A stretch of 64,000 nt of DNA. It comes from Candidatus Falkowbacteria bacterium RIFOXYC2_FULL_36_12. GTDB taxonomy: Bacteria > Patescibacteriota > Patescibacteriia > UBA11705. The stretch spans positions 129,148 to 193,147 of the forward strand of contig MFGJ01000008.1 of NCBI GenBank assembly GCA_001778235.1, written 5' to 3'. Both the position numbers and the translations under genes were made by a program. The notes beneath the pieces were generated by a model. That model did not search any database. It had not been told where the DNA came from and worked only from the letters and a program-made list of their open reading frames with translations. How positions within the stretch are numbered: the stretch's first letter is position 1; each line of letters starts with the position of its first letter. This document shows, piece by piece, positions 20,259 through 30,765 of the stretch.

Positions 20259-20846
20259 TTATTCACCAGATTTTCTTCGAAATACTTTTTTCAGAAAACC
20301 CTTATCTTTTTTATTCTTAGTATCTAAATTTTGTGCGTGTCTATGTTTGCCCTGCTCTCTTATATCTACAATCTTCTGCGGTTCTTCACTTGCAGTTGCC
20401 GGTGATACTTTCTGCTCCACTGCTGGCACCATTTCTTCTTTCTTCACAGCTTTATTAATCTTATCTTTAGACAATGAACCTTCTTCTCTTACTTTATCTG
20501 TTTTAACAGTAGGATTCTTTTCTGCGAGCACAACATTGATATTTGAAGTTTTCTTTCTAATCATTGTTGCCCGTCCAAAAGCTCGTGGCATCCATCTTTT
20601 ATATACAGGACCTTCATCTACCGTTATGGTCTCAATAAACAAATTATTTCTATCCAAGCTGAAATTATTTTCAGCATTAGCTAAAGCAGACTGCAAAAGT
20701 TTCATAATAGGCTTTGAGGCTTTTTTATCAACAAATTTAACTGTTTCTATCGCCTTTTCAATATCAAGACCACGCACGACAGCTATAACTAATCTTGCTT
20801 TTCTAGGCGCAATACGAACATAATTTGCTTTTGCTTTTACTTGCAT
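20259..20846 (-). CDS. rplV: 50S ribosomal protein L22 with a C-terminal extension of about 80 aa
   Basis: L22 core in the first ~115 aa, then a K/E-rich tail. Confidence 0.85.
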   Translation of the reverse strand: MQVKAKANYVRIAPRKARLVIAVVRGLDIEKAIETVKFVDKKASKPIMKLLQSALANAENNFSLDRNNLFIETITVDEGPVYKRWMPRAFGRATMIRKKTSNINVVLAEKNPTVKTDKVREEGSLSKDKINKAVKKEEMVPAVEQKVSPATASEEPQKIVDIREQGKHRHAQNLDTKNKKDKGFLKKVFRRKSGE

Positions 20847-20868
20847 ATTATAATCAATTCTTTATATA

Positions 20869-21150
20869 TTAACTTTTTTCTATAGTCTTTTGCATCTTTC
20901 CTCCATGTCGCATAAACTTTCTTGTTGGAGCAAATTCACCAAATTTATGACCAACCATATTTTCAACAACTCTCACAGGAATAAAATCCTTACCATTGTG
21001 AACACCAAAATGAAAACCTACCATTTCTGGACTAATAGTGCTTGATCTTGCCCAAGTTTTAATCACAGTAACATCACCAGTTTTCAACTTTGAAATCTTC
21101 TGCAACAATCTTGGTTCAATATATGGTCCTTTTTTTAGACTTCTTGCCAT
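20869..21150 (-). CDS. rpsS: 30S ribosomal protein S19
   Basis: [17 protein letters not shown]-terminus. Confidence 0.9.
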   Translation of the reverse strand: MARSLKKGPYIEPRLLQKISKLKTGDVTVIKTWARSSTISPEMVGFHFGVHNGKDFIPVRVVENMVGHKFGEFAPTRKFMRHGGKMQKTIEKS

Positions 21151-21179
21151 AAATTATTATTAAATCTTATTATATTCTC

Positions 21180-22019
21180 TTATTTTTTCTTTGATTTTCT
21201 TCTTTTTACAATCATTCTATCAGATGCCTTTTTTCTTCTAGTTTTTACTCCAAGAGCGTGTTTGCCCCAAGGAGTTTTCGGATATTTCATACCAATAGGA
21301 TTACTTCCTTCTCCACCTCCATGAGGATGATCAACCGGATTCATTGCTTTACCTCTAACCGTTGGCTTGATACCCATATGTCTTTTTCTACCTGCTTTTC
21401 CGATTTTTACATGCATTATATCAGGATTACTAACTCTACCAACAGTTGCCATACATTCTTTTGGCACAAGTCGAATTTCAGAAGATGGTAATCTAAGTTG
21501 TGCATACTTACCCTCAACTGCCATCAATTTAGCTTGTGATCCAGCTGAACGCACAATCTGTCCACCCTTACCAGGGACTAATTCAACATTGTAAACCATT
21601 GAACCAATTGGAATATTTTCAAGTAATGTCGCGTTGCCAGGTACAATATCAATTGTTTTCTTTGAAGAAATAATCTTATCACCTACATGTAAATTAACCG
21701 GTGCTACAATATATCGTTTTTCGCCATCTTTATATACCAGCAGTGCAATTCTTGAATTTCTATTTGGGTCATATTCAATTGCATCCACTCTTGCTTCAAT
21801 ATCAAACTTATCTCTTTTGAAATCCACCAAACGAATATATCTCTTGCTACCGCCACCTCTATGTCTTACAGTAATTCTACCATTATTGTTTCTTCCACCA
21901 AATTTCTTTTTTATTACGATTAAAGATTTTTCAGGTGTTGTTTTTGTAATATCAGAAAAATCATCAACGCTCATCTGACGCCGTGCATTACTAATTGGTT
22001 TGTAAACTTTAATTCCCAT
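21180..22019 (-). CDS. rplB: 50S ribosomal protein L2
   Basis: Conserved L2 blocks ([10 protein letters not shown]). Confidence 0.9.
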   Translation of the reverse strand: MGIKVYKPISNARRQMSVDDFSDITKTTPEKSLIVIKKKFGGRNNNGRITVRHRGGGSKRYIRLVDFKRDKFDIEARVDAIEYDPNRNSRIALLVYKDGEKRYIVAPVNLHVGDKIISSKKTIDIVPGNATLLENIPIGSMVYNVELVPGKGGQIVRSAGSQAKLMAVEGKYAQLRLPSSEIRLVPKECMATVGRVSNPDIMHVKIGKAGRKRHMGIKPTVRGKAMNPVDHPHGGGEGSNPIGMKYPKTPWGKHALGVKTRRKKASDRMIVKRRKSKKK

Positions 22020-22046
22020 ATTATATCTATATAATCAAAATTCTAT

Positions 22047-22511
22047 TTAAACACCTTCGTAAATTTCAATTTTATCTTCTCCACCTAAAGTCACAATTGC
22101 TTTCCTAAAATCCTTTCTTTTACCATATTTTTTTCCTGAACGAACCATTTTTCCTTTTACATTAACAATGTTAACTTTAACCGGTGATACTCCATATATA
22201 CTTTTTACTGCTTTTTCAACTTCATTTTTTGTTGCATTTGTTGGAACAGCAAAAACATATTTTTTGAAAGCTCCTAAATCTGTAACCTTTTCTGTTACAA
22301 GTGGCCTTTCTAAAATTTTATACTGCTCTGCTTTTGCATTTGTTTCAATTTTTCGGGGTTGAGTCTCTTTTTTTGTTACTTCTTTCTCATCTTTTTTTAC
22401 CGGTTCTTCCTTATTTTCTAATTTACCTTTTTCAATCTGAACTTCTTCTACATTTTTTGCAGTTTTTTCTTCTTTCTTACCAGTCTTTAATATTTTATTT
22501 ATAATTCCCAT
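22047..22511 (-). CDS. rplW: 50S ribosomal protein L23 with a K/E-rich N-terminal extension
   Basis: L23 core (ILERPLVTEK...VFAV) in the C-terminal part. Confidence 0.85.
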   Translation of the reverse strand: MGIINKILKTGKKEEKTAKNVEEVQIEKGKLENKEEPVKKDEKEVTKKETQPRKIETNAKAEQYKILERPLVTEKVTDLGAFKKYVFAVPTNATKNEVEKAVKSIYGVSPVKVNIVNVKGKMVRSGKKYGKRKDFRKAIVTLGGEDKIEIYEGV

Positions 22512-22525
22512 ATTAATTTAAAACT

Positions 22526-23233
22526 TTATTTTTCAACTGCAACATTTTTTTTATTTACCTTTTCAACACTTTCATTATCTGTTTCATCTTTTTTATCATC
22601 TTTAAACACAATCATATCATCAAGCGCTTTGATCGCTTGCTCTGTCATAACAATATCCTTATATTTCACAACTTCCAGTAAATTAAGATTTCTTGCTTCA
22701 ATCACATCAACTTTTGGCAAATTTTTTACAGACTTTACCAATTCCTTTGTGAACTTTTCAGCTACAAACAAAATACTCTTTTCAAGCTTAATCATTGTTA
22801 GCAATTCTCTTATATTTTTTGTTTTAAATGTATTTATTTCCAAACTATCCAAAACATTCAAATTATTTGATTCAACTTTATCACTTAAAGCCATGAGTAA
22901 TGCCTTTCGCTTCATCTTTCTATTAATCTTTTGTTCAAAATTTTGTTCATTTGTTGGACCAAAGGTTACACCACCACCAATCCAAATTGGAGACCTTGAT
23001 GAACCATGTCTTGCTCGGCCAGTACCCTTTTGACGCCAAGGTTTTCTACCTCCACCACGAACTTCACCTCTATCTTTAACATGTGCCAAATTTTGGCGTT
23101 TATTTGCTTGCATTGCAACCACCACCTGATGAATAACCATCGGATTTACTTTCACAGCAAAAACAGCAGGATTTAATACTAATTCCTTTACTGTTTCACC
23201 TTTCGCATTGTAAACATTAACTTTATTATTCAT
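22526..23233 (-). CDS. rplD: 50S ribosomal protein L4
   Basis: Sequence similarity and operon position. Confidence 0.9.
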   Translation of the reverse strand: MNNKVNVYNAKGETVKELVLNPAVFAVKVNPMVIHQVVVAMQANKRQNLAHVKDRGEVRGGGRKPWRQKGTGRARHGSSRSPIWIGGGVTFGPTNEQNFEQKINRKMKRKALLMALSDKVESNNLNVLDSLEINTFKTKNIRELLTMIKLEKSILFVAEKFTKELVKSVKNLPKVDVIEARNLNLLEVVKYKDIVMTEQAIKALDDMIVFKDDKKDETDNESVEKVNKKNVAVEK

Positions 23234-23238
23234 ATTGA

Positions 23239-24129
23239 TTATTCATTCTTATCTGTTTTATTTTTTTCAACTATCTCTTCTGTAGCTATAGCAATTGGTT
23301 CCTTATTTTCTACTTCAGCTTTTCCGTTTGATTCAACCTTTTCACTATCATCCTTTTTTTCATCTTTAACTACATTAATTTCTTCAGCCTTTATCTCATT
23401 TATCTTATTTTTTTCAACTTGATTTTCTTCCTTTACTACTTCTACAACTTCTTGTTTTTCAACAATTTTTTCTACTTTCACAACTTTTTTTATGATTTCA
23501 AAATCACCTTCAGCTGAAATTTTCAAAAAACCATTTCTGGCTCCTGGAACAGCACCTTTAAGATACAAAATACCATTCTGCGCATCAACATTAATTACTT
23601 CAAGACCATTGACAGTAACCTGTTGACCACCCATTCGACCACCCATTCTCATCCCTTTAAATACCCGAGCAGCTCCTGCTGATCCAATTGATCCAGGCAT
23701 TCTTAATTGATCCTTATGACCATGAGACTTTTTTCCACCAGAAAAACCATGTCTTTTTACAACACCCTGAAAACCTTTTCCTTTTGCCTGACCAACAACA
23801 TCAACCATATCCCCTGCTTGAAAAATCCCAGCAGTAATTTCATCTCCTTCATTTAATTTTTCAACCATCACATCACCTTCAGCCAATGAAAATTCTTTTA
23901 TATATTGAAAATTATTCTTTGAAAATCTCTTAAAAATACCAAGCATTGGTTTATTAAATTTTTTCTTTTCTTGATAAGCGCATCTGATAGCAACATAACC
24001 ATCTTTTTCCATGTTTTTTTTCTGGATAACCAAACAAGGACCGACTTGAATCTTTGTCACCGGAACTACTTTGCCTTCAGGATCGAAAACCTGAGTCATC
24101 TCTAATTTTTTCCCTAAAATAAATTTCAT
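23239..24129 (-). CDS. rplC: 50S ribosomal protein L3 with a long E/K-rich C-terminal extension
   Basis: The track ORF begins at TTG (24171). The canonical MKFILGKKLEMTQVF start corresponds to the ATG at 24129. Confidence 0.85.
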   Translation of the reverse strand: MKFILGKKLEMTQVFDPEGKVVPVTKIQVGPCLVIQKKNMEKDGYVAIRCAYQEKKKFNKPMLGIFKRFSKNNFQYIKEFSLAEGDVMVEKLNEGDEITAGIFQAGDMVDVVGQAKGKGFQGVVKRHGFSGGKKSHGHKDQLRMPGSIGSAGAARVFKGMRMGGRMGGQQVTVNGLEVINVDAQNGILYLKGAVPGARNGFLKISAEGDFEIIKKVVKVEKIVEKQEVVEVVKEENQVEKNKINEIKAEEINVVKDEKKDDSEKVESNGKAEVENKEPIAIATEEIVEKNKTDKNE

Positions 24130-24175
24130 ATAATGTTTCAGCCCATTTAGATTATCATTCAAAACATGCAAAATA

Positions 24176-24205
24176 AAGAAGCCTGACCTAAACAGCCAGC
24201 TTCTT
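24176..24205 (-). terminator. Terminator/attenuator-like hairpin (aagaagc...gcttctt + T-rich) in the 190-nt rpsJ-rplC spacer
   Basis: 7-bp stem. On the minus strand it is followed by tattttgcatgtttt. Confidence 0.3.
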
Positions 24206-24362
24206 CATACAAGGCTATATAATAAGTCTATATTTAATAATTTATTCTTTGTAAACCAATACCTCACAACCTCTGTTACCTTTAGAACACTTCACTACTC
24301 TATAGTGGTTATTGCTAAATGCGACAAAAGTTTTATTTTTATTACCTCCACCAAATGAATTA

Positions 24363-24707
24363 TTACATTTTAATCTCAACATCAACTCCAGCCGGAAGAT
24401 TTAAATTCGTCAAAGCATCAATTGTCTGTGGTGTTGGATTAATAATATCAATCAACCGCTTATGAATACGCATTTCATATTGATCTCGTGCATCTTTGTG
24501 AACAAAAGTTGAACGATTAACTGTATATTTCTTCTTTTCAACCGGTAATGGTACGGGTCCAGCAATAGTCGCTCCTGTTCTTTCGCTAGCATCTAAAATA
24601 GTTCTAGCAGATTGATCAATAATTTTGCTATCGTAAGCCTTGATCTTTATTCTAATTCTTTGATTAGGTACATCTACTGTTTTTTTGTCCTTTTTCCCTG
24701 CAGCCAT
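24363..24707 (-). CDS. rpsJ: 30S ribosomal protein S10
   Basis: [10 protein letters not shown]...HKDARDQYE blocks. Confidence 0.9.
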   Translation of the reverse strand: MAAGKKDKKTVDVPNQRIRIKIKAYDSKIIDQSARTILDASERTGATIAGPVPLPVEKKKYTVNRSTFVHKDARDQYEMRIHKRLIDIINPTPQTIDALTNLNLPAGVDVEIKM

Positions 24708-24719
24708 GTGTTTAACCAG

Positions 24720-25910
24720 TTATTTAATAATCTTTGTTACAACACCAGAAGCAATAGTTCTACCACCTTCACGAACAGCAAATCTCTGTTGTTCTTCAAG
24801 AGCAATTGAATTAATCAACTTTACTTGAAAAGTAATAGTATCTCCAGGCATTACCATCTCTGTACCCTCTGGTAAAGTTACTTCACCAGTCACATCGGTT
24901 GTACCAATGTAAAACTGTGGTTTATATCCTTTGAAAAACGGTTTATGTCTGCCACCTTCTTCTTTTGTTAACACATAAACTTCTGCTTCAAATTCAATAT
25001 GTGGAGTGACTGATCCAGGAGCCGCAAGAACTTGACCTCTTTCAACATCTTCTTTCTTTAGACCTCTAAGCAAAACACCAGCATTATCACCAGCTCGTCC
25101 TTCATTCAAAGTCTTATTAAACATTTCTATACCAGTTACTACTGTTTTTTGAGTATCTCGAATACCAATTACTTCAACTTCATTATTAACTTTTACAATA
25201 CCTCTCTCTATTCTTCCTGTAACAACTGTTCCACGACCTTCAATTGAAAATACATCTTCAATTGGCATAAGGAATGGCTTATCAACATCACGAACCGGTT
25301 CTGGAACTTTCTCATCCAAGGCATCAAGTAATTCTTGAATTGGCTTACCAGCAGCTTCATCTGTAGGATTTTCTAATGCTTTTAAGGCAGAACCACGAAT
25401 TATAGGCACTTCATCGCCAGGATATTCATATTTTTTCAATAAATCACGAACTTCTTCTTCAACCAAATCAATTAATTCTGCATCATCTACCATATCAACT
25501 TTATTCAAGAAAACCACAATATATGGCACACCAACTTGTCGTGCAAGCAAAATATGTTCTCTTGTTTGTGGCATTGGTCCATCAGTTGCAGCTACAACCA
25601 AAATTGCTCCATCCATTTGAGCCGCACCAGTAATCATGTTTTTTACATAATCAGCGTGTCCAGGACAGTCAACATGAGCATAATGCCTTTTTTCAGTTTC
25701 ATATTCTACATGAGCAGTATTAATTGTGATTCCTCTAGCCTTTTCTTCTGGGGCAGAATCAATTTCTGCTACAGATTTGTGAGATGAAACACCACCTTTG
25801 GCGTTTAAATATGCCAAAATAGCAGCTGTTAAAGTTGTCTTTCCGTGGTCAACGTGACCAATTGTACCCACATTTACATGTGGCTTACTTCGTTCAAATA
25901 CCTCAGTCAT
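24720..25910 (-). CDS. tuf: elongation factor Tu
   Basis: [14 protein letters not shown] and NKVD GTPase motifs. Confidence 0.95.
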   Translation of the reverse strand: MTEVFERSKPHVNVGTIGHVDHGKTTLTAAILAYLNAKGGVSSHKSVAEIDSAPEEKARGITINTAHVEYETEKRHYAHVDCPGHADYVKNMITGAAQMDGAILVVAATDGPMPQTREHILLARQVGVPYIVVFLNKVDMVDDAELIDLVEEEVRDLLKKYEYPGDEVPIIRGSALKALENPTDEAAGKPIQELLDALDEKVPEPVRDVDKPFLMPIEDVFSIEGRGTVVTGRIERGIVKVNNEVEVIGIRDTQKTVVTGIEMFNKTLNEGRAGDNAGVLLRGLKKEDVERGQVLAAPGSVTPHIEFEAEVYVLTKEEGGRHKPFFKGYKPQFYIGTTDVTGEVTLPEGTEMVMPGDTITFQVKLINSIALEEQQRFAVREGGRTIASGVVTKIIK

Positions 25911-26080
25911 TTTTTTATTCTCCTAAATGTGATCCTTAAACAATTATTTTTAAGGTTTTAGCCAATCACAATTTTACTTAATTTTAAGTTATTTTATTCT
26001 TCGATATTATAACAAAAATTTAAAATAATGCAAGCCCCAGAATAACTAATTGAGCATAACTACATTTTTGGCTTATTTTA

Positions 26081-26416
26081 CTAGTCAATTGGTTCAAGAT
26101 AATACGGTTCTTCAGACTGGTCATTTTCAGCCTTATTAGCATTTTGTTCTAATTTCTCAAGAAAAAGCTCCTCCAAATCAGAAGTTTGATCTTCACCTTG
26201 AAGACTCCAGCTTGCAATTTCTTGATTAATTTCAGACAAATCTGGCTGATTTTCAACTTCACCCCAAGTCCCACTATCTGTCGACTCTTTATGTTTCAAT
26301 AACTCGATATATTGCTCCAATTGCATTACAACAAAATTATCCCCTTTTTCGCCAACTATATATTTATCACCTGTTCTTTTTATTAGGTCTAATATTTTTT
26401 TTAAATCTGTTGGCAT
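26081..26416 (-). CDS. hypothetical acidic protein inserted between fusA and tuf
   Basis: 111-aa ORF with no recognised motif, co-oriented with the operon. Confidence 0.45.
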   Translation of the reverse strand: MPTDLKKILDLIKRTGDKYIVGEKGDNFVVMQLEQYIELLKHKESTDSGTWGEVENQPDLSEINQEIASWSLQGEDQTSDLEELFLEKLEQNANKAENDQSEEPYYLEPID

Positions 26417-26481
26417 ATTTTTTTCTCCTTAAATCGCAAATCAATATTTGCTAAAACCAGAATTATTAAACTCTTGCTTAT

Positions 26482-28560
26482 TTATTTTGTTTTATCACCT
26501 TTTATTTTTTCCACAACATTATTTGGCACTTCTGCATAATGAGAAAATTCCATTGAATAACTTGCTCGTCCTTGTGACATTGATCGCAATTGTGTTGCAT
26601 AACCAAACATTTCTGCCAGTGGAACATTTGCTTCAATAACTTTTAAATTTGAACGATCCTTCATTTCATTAATCTGTCCTCTACGAGAATTCAAATCACC
26701 AACAACATCTCCCATAAATTGTTCAGGAGTCACAATTTCTACTTTTGAAACCGGTTCAAGCAATATTGGATCAGCCTTTTTTGTTGCAGCTTGCAAAGCC
26801 ATTGAGGCAGCAACCTTAAACGCTGCTTCAGATGAATCCACATCATGATATGATCCATCATAAACAATTACTTTAATATCAATCAATGGATATCCGGCTA
26901 CAACACCTCTATCTAATGATTCTTTTACACCTTTTTCAATCGCTGGTACGAATTCTCTAGGAATAGCACCACCTTTTAATTCATCTGCAAACTCAAATCC
27001 TTCACCCTTTTCTCTTGGTTCAACTCGAAGCCAACAATGACCATATTGTCCACGACCACCAGACTGTTTTACATATTTACCTTCACCTTCTGCTAATTTT
27101 TTAACCGTCTCCCTATATGCAACCTGTGGTTTACCTGTATTTGCCTCAACACCAAATTCTCTCTTCATTCTATCAATCAAAATTTCCAAGTGTAATTCTC
27201 CCATACCTGAAATAACTGTTTGAGATGTTTCTTCGTCTGTTTTAACTTTAAATGTTGGATCTTCTTCAGCCAATTTCTGTAAAGCAACACCCATTTTTTC
27301 TTGATCTGATTTAGTTTTTGGTTCAACCGCAATTGAAATAACCGGTTCTGGAAAAGTAATATTTTCCAAGACAACAGGAAAACTCTCATCACACAATGTA
27401 TGCCCAGTAAATGTACTTTTCAAACCAATGGCAGCGGCAATTTCTCCAGAATAAACTTCGTTCACTTCTTCTCTATGATTAGCATGCATTCGCACTATTC
27501 TACCAAGTCTTTCTTTTTCTCCAGTTGTTGTATTTAAAATATATGAACCAGATTTAACCACTCCTTGATAAACACGGAAAAAACAAAGTTTACCAACATA
27601 TGGATCTGTAGCAATCTTAAAAGCTAATCCTACAAACGGAGCATCGTCAGTTGGTTTGATTTCAATTTGTTTTTCACTATCTTTCCAATCTTCAGCCATT
27701 ACCGCCGGCACATCCAAAGGAGACGGTAGATATTCAGTCACAGCATTTAATAATTGCTGAACCCCTTTATTTTTCAAAGCTGAACCACACAAAACTGGAA
27801 TCAATTTATTATCAATAACAGCTTGTCGTAAAACTTTTTTCAAATCTTCAACTGCAATTTCCTCCCCTGCCAAATATTTATCCATCAAGGCCTCATCATT
27901 TTCCACAATTGCCTCAATCAATTTATTTCTATATTCTTGAGCTTTTTCTTTTAAATCTTCAGGTATTTCTATTTCATCAAATTTTGTCCCCATTTCATCT
28001 TCATAAATATAAGCTTTCATCTTAAACAAATCTACAATCCCCTTGAATGTTTCAGCTGCTCCAATCGGTAATTGTACTGGATGAGCATCCTTGGTCAATC
28101 GGTCATGTATAGTTTTTAAATCAAAATAAAAATCAGCGCCCATTCTGTCCATTTTATTAATAAAAGCAATTCTTGGAACGCTATATTTATCTGCTTGATG
28201 CCAAACAGTTTCAGATTGAGATTCAACCCCAGCAACACCATCAAAAACCACCACACCACCATCAAGAACACGAAGTGATCTCTCAACTTCAGCTGTAAAA
28301 TCAACATGACCAGGAGTATCAATAATATTTATTCGACAATCATTCCAAAAACAGGTAGTAGCCGCAGAAGTGATTGTAATTCCTCTTTCTCTTTCTTGCT
28401 CCATCCAATCCATTTCAGCCAAACCTTCATGCACTTCACCAATTTTATGTTTTTTCCCAGTATAAAACAAAATACGCTCCGATACCGTGGTTTTTCCAGC
28501 GTCAATATGGGCAATAATACCAATATTTCTTGTTTTTTCTAAACTATATTCTCGGGGCAT
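26482..28560 (-). CDS. fusA: elongation factor G
   Basis: [17 protein letters not shown] and NKMD motifs with domain IV/V blocks. Confidence 0.95.
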   Translation of the reverse strand: MPREYSLEKTRNIGIIAHIDAGKTTVSERILFYTGKKHKIGEVHEGLAEMDWMEQERERGITITSAATTCFWNDCRINIIDTPGHVDFTAEVERSLRVLDGGVVVFDGVAGVESQSETVWHQADKYSVPRIAFINKMDRMGADFYFDLKTIHDRLTKDAHPVQLPIGAAETFKGIVDLFKMKAYIYEDEMGTKFDEIEIPEDLKEKAQEYRNKLIEAIVENDEALMDKYLAGEEIAVEDLKKVLRQAVIDNKLIPVLCGSALKNKGVQQLLNAVTEYLPSPLDVPAVMAEDWKDSEKQIEIKPTDDAPFVGLAFKIATDPYVGKLCFFRVYQGVVKSGSYILNTTTGEKERLGRIVRMHANHREEVNEVYSGEIAAAIGLKSTFTGHTLCDESFPVVLENITFPEPVISIAVEPKTKSDQEKMGVALQKLAEEDPTFKVKTDEETSQTVISGMGELHLEILIDRMKREFGVEANTGKPQVAYRETVKKLAEGEGKYVKQSGGRGQYGHCWLRVEPREKGEGFEFADELKGGAIPREFVPAIEKGVKESLDRGVVAGYPLIDIKVIVYDGSYHDVDSSEAAFKVAASMALQAATKKADPILLEPVSKVEIVTPEQFMGDVVGDLNSRRGQINEMKDRSNLKVIEANVPLAEMFGYATQLRSMSQGRASYSMEFSHYAEVPNNVVEKIKGDKTK

Positions 28561-28609
28561 AAATTTAACTAAAAAATTATCTATTATGATTTATTTTCAT
28601 TTTTATTAA

Positions 28610-29101
28610 TTATCGAGCAAAGTGGGCAAAAGCGCGGTTAGCGTCAGCCATTCTATGAACATCATTTTTCTTTTTTACAGAATCACCTTCACCAATCAAA
28701 GCCAACATCAACTCATCAGCCAATTTAGCTGCCATTGATCTGCCTTTTTTCTTGTCAGCTGCATCAATAATCCATCTAAAAGCTAGTGCGTACTTCCTGT
28801 CTCCACGAACTGGAAATGGAACCTGATAATTTGCACCACCAACTCTTTTTCCACGAACTTCTATTTGTGGAGAAATGTTTTTTATAGCTTGATCAAAAAC
28901 CTGCAAGGCATTTTCAAACTCGGCATCAACTTTTTTGTCTTTTATTGCTTTATCAATAATATCAAATGCACCGTAAACTACTTTTTGGGCAACTGATTTT
29001 TTACCAGCACGCATCACATAATTGATAAATTTTGTAACATAAACATTACCATAACGGATGTCTGGTTTTAACTTGTGTTTTGGAGCTTTTTTTCCTCTCA
29101 T
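28610..29101 (-). CDS. rpsG: 30S ribosomal protein S7
   Basis: Sequence similarity and operon position. Confidence 0.9.
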   Translation of the reverse strand: MRGKKAPKHKLKPDIRYGNVYVTKFINYVMRAGKKSVAQKVVYGAFDIIDKAIKDKKVDAEFENALQVFDQAIKNISPQIEVRGKRVGGANYQVPFPVRGDRKYALAFRWIIDAADKKKGRSMAAKLADELMLALIGEGDSVKKKNDVHRMADANRAFAHFAR

Positions 29102-29142
29102 AAGTATCTACTTGACCCGAAATTTATCGGGTTTTATCAAAA

Positions 29143-29568
29143 TTATTTAGATGATTTTTCTAATTTTGTTCCATATTTTGATCGGCCTTTCTTTCTTCCA
29201 TCCACACCTTGAGAATCATAAACACCACGAACAATTTGATAACGCACACCAGGTAAATCGCTTCGTCTACCACCACGAATAAGGACAATTGAATGCTCTT
29301 GTAAATTGTGACCTTCTCCTGGGATATAAGCAGTTACTTCCTGCCCATTGCTCAATCGTACACGAGCAATTTTTCGCAAAGCTGAATTCGGCTTCTTTGG
29401 AGTTGTTGTAGTAACCTTCAAACATACACCTCTTTTAAATGAGGCGCCTTTAGGCAATTTATTTGTTCGTCGTTTAAGTGAATTCAAAACAGTCTGCATC
29501 GCAGGAGATTTTGATTTTCCTTTTTTTGACGATCTTCCTTTTCTAATCAATTGATTAATTGTAGGCAT
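29143..29568 (-). CDS. rpsL: 30S ribosomal protein S12
   Basis: [12 protein letters not shown] start at the ATG at 29568. The track ORF extends 8 codons further upstream. Confidence 0.85.
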   Translation of the reverse strand: MPTINQLIRKGRSSKKGKSKSPAMQTVLNSLKRRTNKLPKGASFKRGVCLKVTTTTPKKPNSALRKIARVRLSNGQEVTAYIPGEGHNLQEHSIVLIRGGRRSDLPGVRYQIVRGVYDSQGVDGRKKGRSKYGTKLEKSSK

Positions 29569-29654
29569 AATATCATTAAAAAATTTGACCATTGATCATT
29601 TCAATCAACAATCAAAATACGAAAATTTAGCTAACTTATAATAAATGTGTTAGC

Positions 29655-29683
29655 ATTTTATCATTAAGAAAAAAATAAGTCAA
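29655..29683 (-). promoter_or_regulatory. Candidate str-operon promoter (minus-strand TTGACT-17-TAAAAT)
   Basis: rc of 29678..29683 is TTGACT and rc of 29655..29660 is TAAAAT. It lies between the M50 gene stop and rpsL. Confidence 0.4.
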
Positions 29684-29689
29684 GCAATA

Positions 29690-30331
29690 TCAGAAGATTA
29701 AACTGTAGACAAATTCAATTATCGCATTAAAAAAATATCCAAAAATATTTAATCCGACAACATTATCTAAAATTAGCAAAATTAAGAGTAAAATAGGCCC
29801 TCGAGTCTCCAAAAAGCTCCTAAAATTTCTAAATCTCTCACCATCTAGTATTGAGAATAGAACCTTTGAGCCATCAAGCGGAGGAATTGGTATTAAATTA
29901 AAAAGCATTAAAATAACATTCAAAATGACAAAAATATTCAAAAATTGAAATAATAAATTTTCTGGAGGTAAAATATTCATCCCAGCAATTATTTTCAAAA
30001 CAATACCCGAGAATATCGCCAATAATAAATTTGACGCTGGACCTGCAAGCGCAACCAAAGCCGGCCCCCATTTCTGGTATTTCAAATTATATGGATTGTA
30101 TGGCACTGGCTTTCCCCAGCCAAAACCAACAAGTAGCAACATCAAAAAACCCACTCCACTTACATGAGATATTGGGTTTAAAGTTAATCGTCCCAATGAT
30201 TTTGCTGTATCATCACCCATCAAAGCGCTGGCTAAAGCATGAGAAAACTCATGTACAGACAAAACAATTAAAATTGCCACCACCCAAGCAATGAAAATCA
30301 TCGGGTCTGAAAGCAATGTTCCTAATATCAT
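29690..30331 (-). CDS. M50-family (site-2 protease-like) membrane zinc metalloprotease
   Basis: HEFSHA (HExxH) in a TM helix, multiple TM segments, about 213 aa. Confidence 0.7.
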   Translation of the reverse strand: MILGTLLSDPMIFIAWVVAILIVLSVHEFSHALASALMGDDTAKSLGRLTLNPISHVSGVGFLMLLLVGFGWGKPVPYNPYNLKYQKWGPALVALAGPASNLLLAIFSGIVLKIIAGMNILPPENLLFQFLNIFVILNVILMLFNLIPIPPLDGSKVLFSILDGERFRNFRSFLETRGPILLLILLILDNVVGLNIFGYFFNAIIEFVYSLIF

Positions 30332-30370
30332 AAGTACTTTTTATTATTTATATTTCTGGGTTTATCTCTC

Positions 30371-30461
30371 TTACCTTGCTTTACTTGCTGTACTCGCTGT
30401 ACTCGCTGTACTCGCTGTACTCGCTGTACTCGCTGTACTCGCTGTTCCCACTTTTCCCACC
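30371..30461. repeat. Intergenic 9-bp tandem repeat tract (6 perfect GTACTCGCT units flanked by degenerate units)
   Basis: Direct reading of 30390..30443 with degenerate flanks ttaccttgct, ttacttgct and gttcccact, tttcccacc. Same family as the argS tract. Confidence 0.8.
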
Positions 30462-30534
30462 AATCATACACTACTTGATTTATTTATTCAAATATGCTAT
30501 TCTATTGTTACTTGATGAATAACTTGAAAAAACT

Positions 30535-30711
30535 ATGTCAAAGTATTGTGATTTGTGTGGACGAGGACCTGTTTCTTCACAAAGTTCTTCACACGCTAAC
30601 AACAAAACAAAGCGCACTCTTAATATCAATCTTCAAACAAAAAAAATTGATGGTACCAAGGTAAAAGCTTGCACCAAATGCATGAAAACCTTGAAAAAAG
30701 CAGTTGCGTAA
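30535..30711 (+). CDS. rpmB: 50S ribosomal protein L28 (zinc-ribbon form), absent from the ORF track
   Basis: Translation MSKYCDLCGRGPVSSQSSSHANNKTKRTLNINLQTKKIDGTKVKACTKCMKTLKKAVA matches the L28 signature (CxxCG+xP...SHAxNxTKR...NL) and has a second CxxC. Confidence 0.8.
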   Translation: MSKYCDLCGRGPVSSQSSSHANNKTKRTLNINLQTKKIDGTKVKACTKCMKTLKKAVA

Positions 30712-30765
30712 ATCTCCCCCACAAAAAAGATAAAAAAATGAACATCGTTGATGTTCCTTTTTTTT

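Noticed and set aside
20347-20823. Long antisense ORFs within r-protein and other well-supported genes (e.g. 20347..20823, 22629..23033, 16330..16563, 36455..36964, 61663..62379)
   Set aside because: They are fully contained opposite or out of frame to strongly supported conserved genes, with low-complexity translations. Such ORFs arise easily by chance on the antisense strand of AT-rich coding DNA.
30291-30515. Track ORF translating as LAVLAVLAVLAV...
   Set aside because: This is an artefact of translating the 9-bp tandem repeat tract. It has no start context, and the tract is intergenic.
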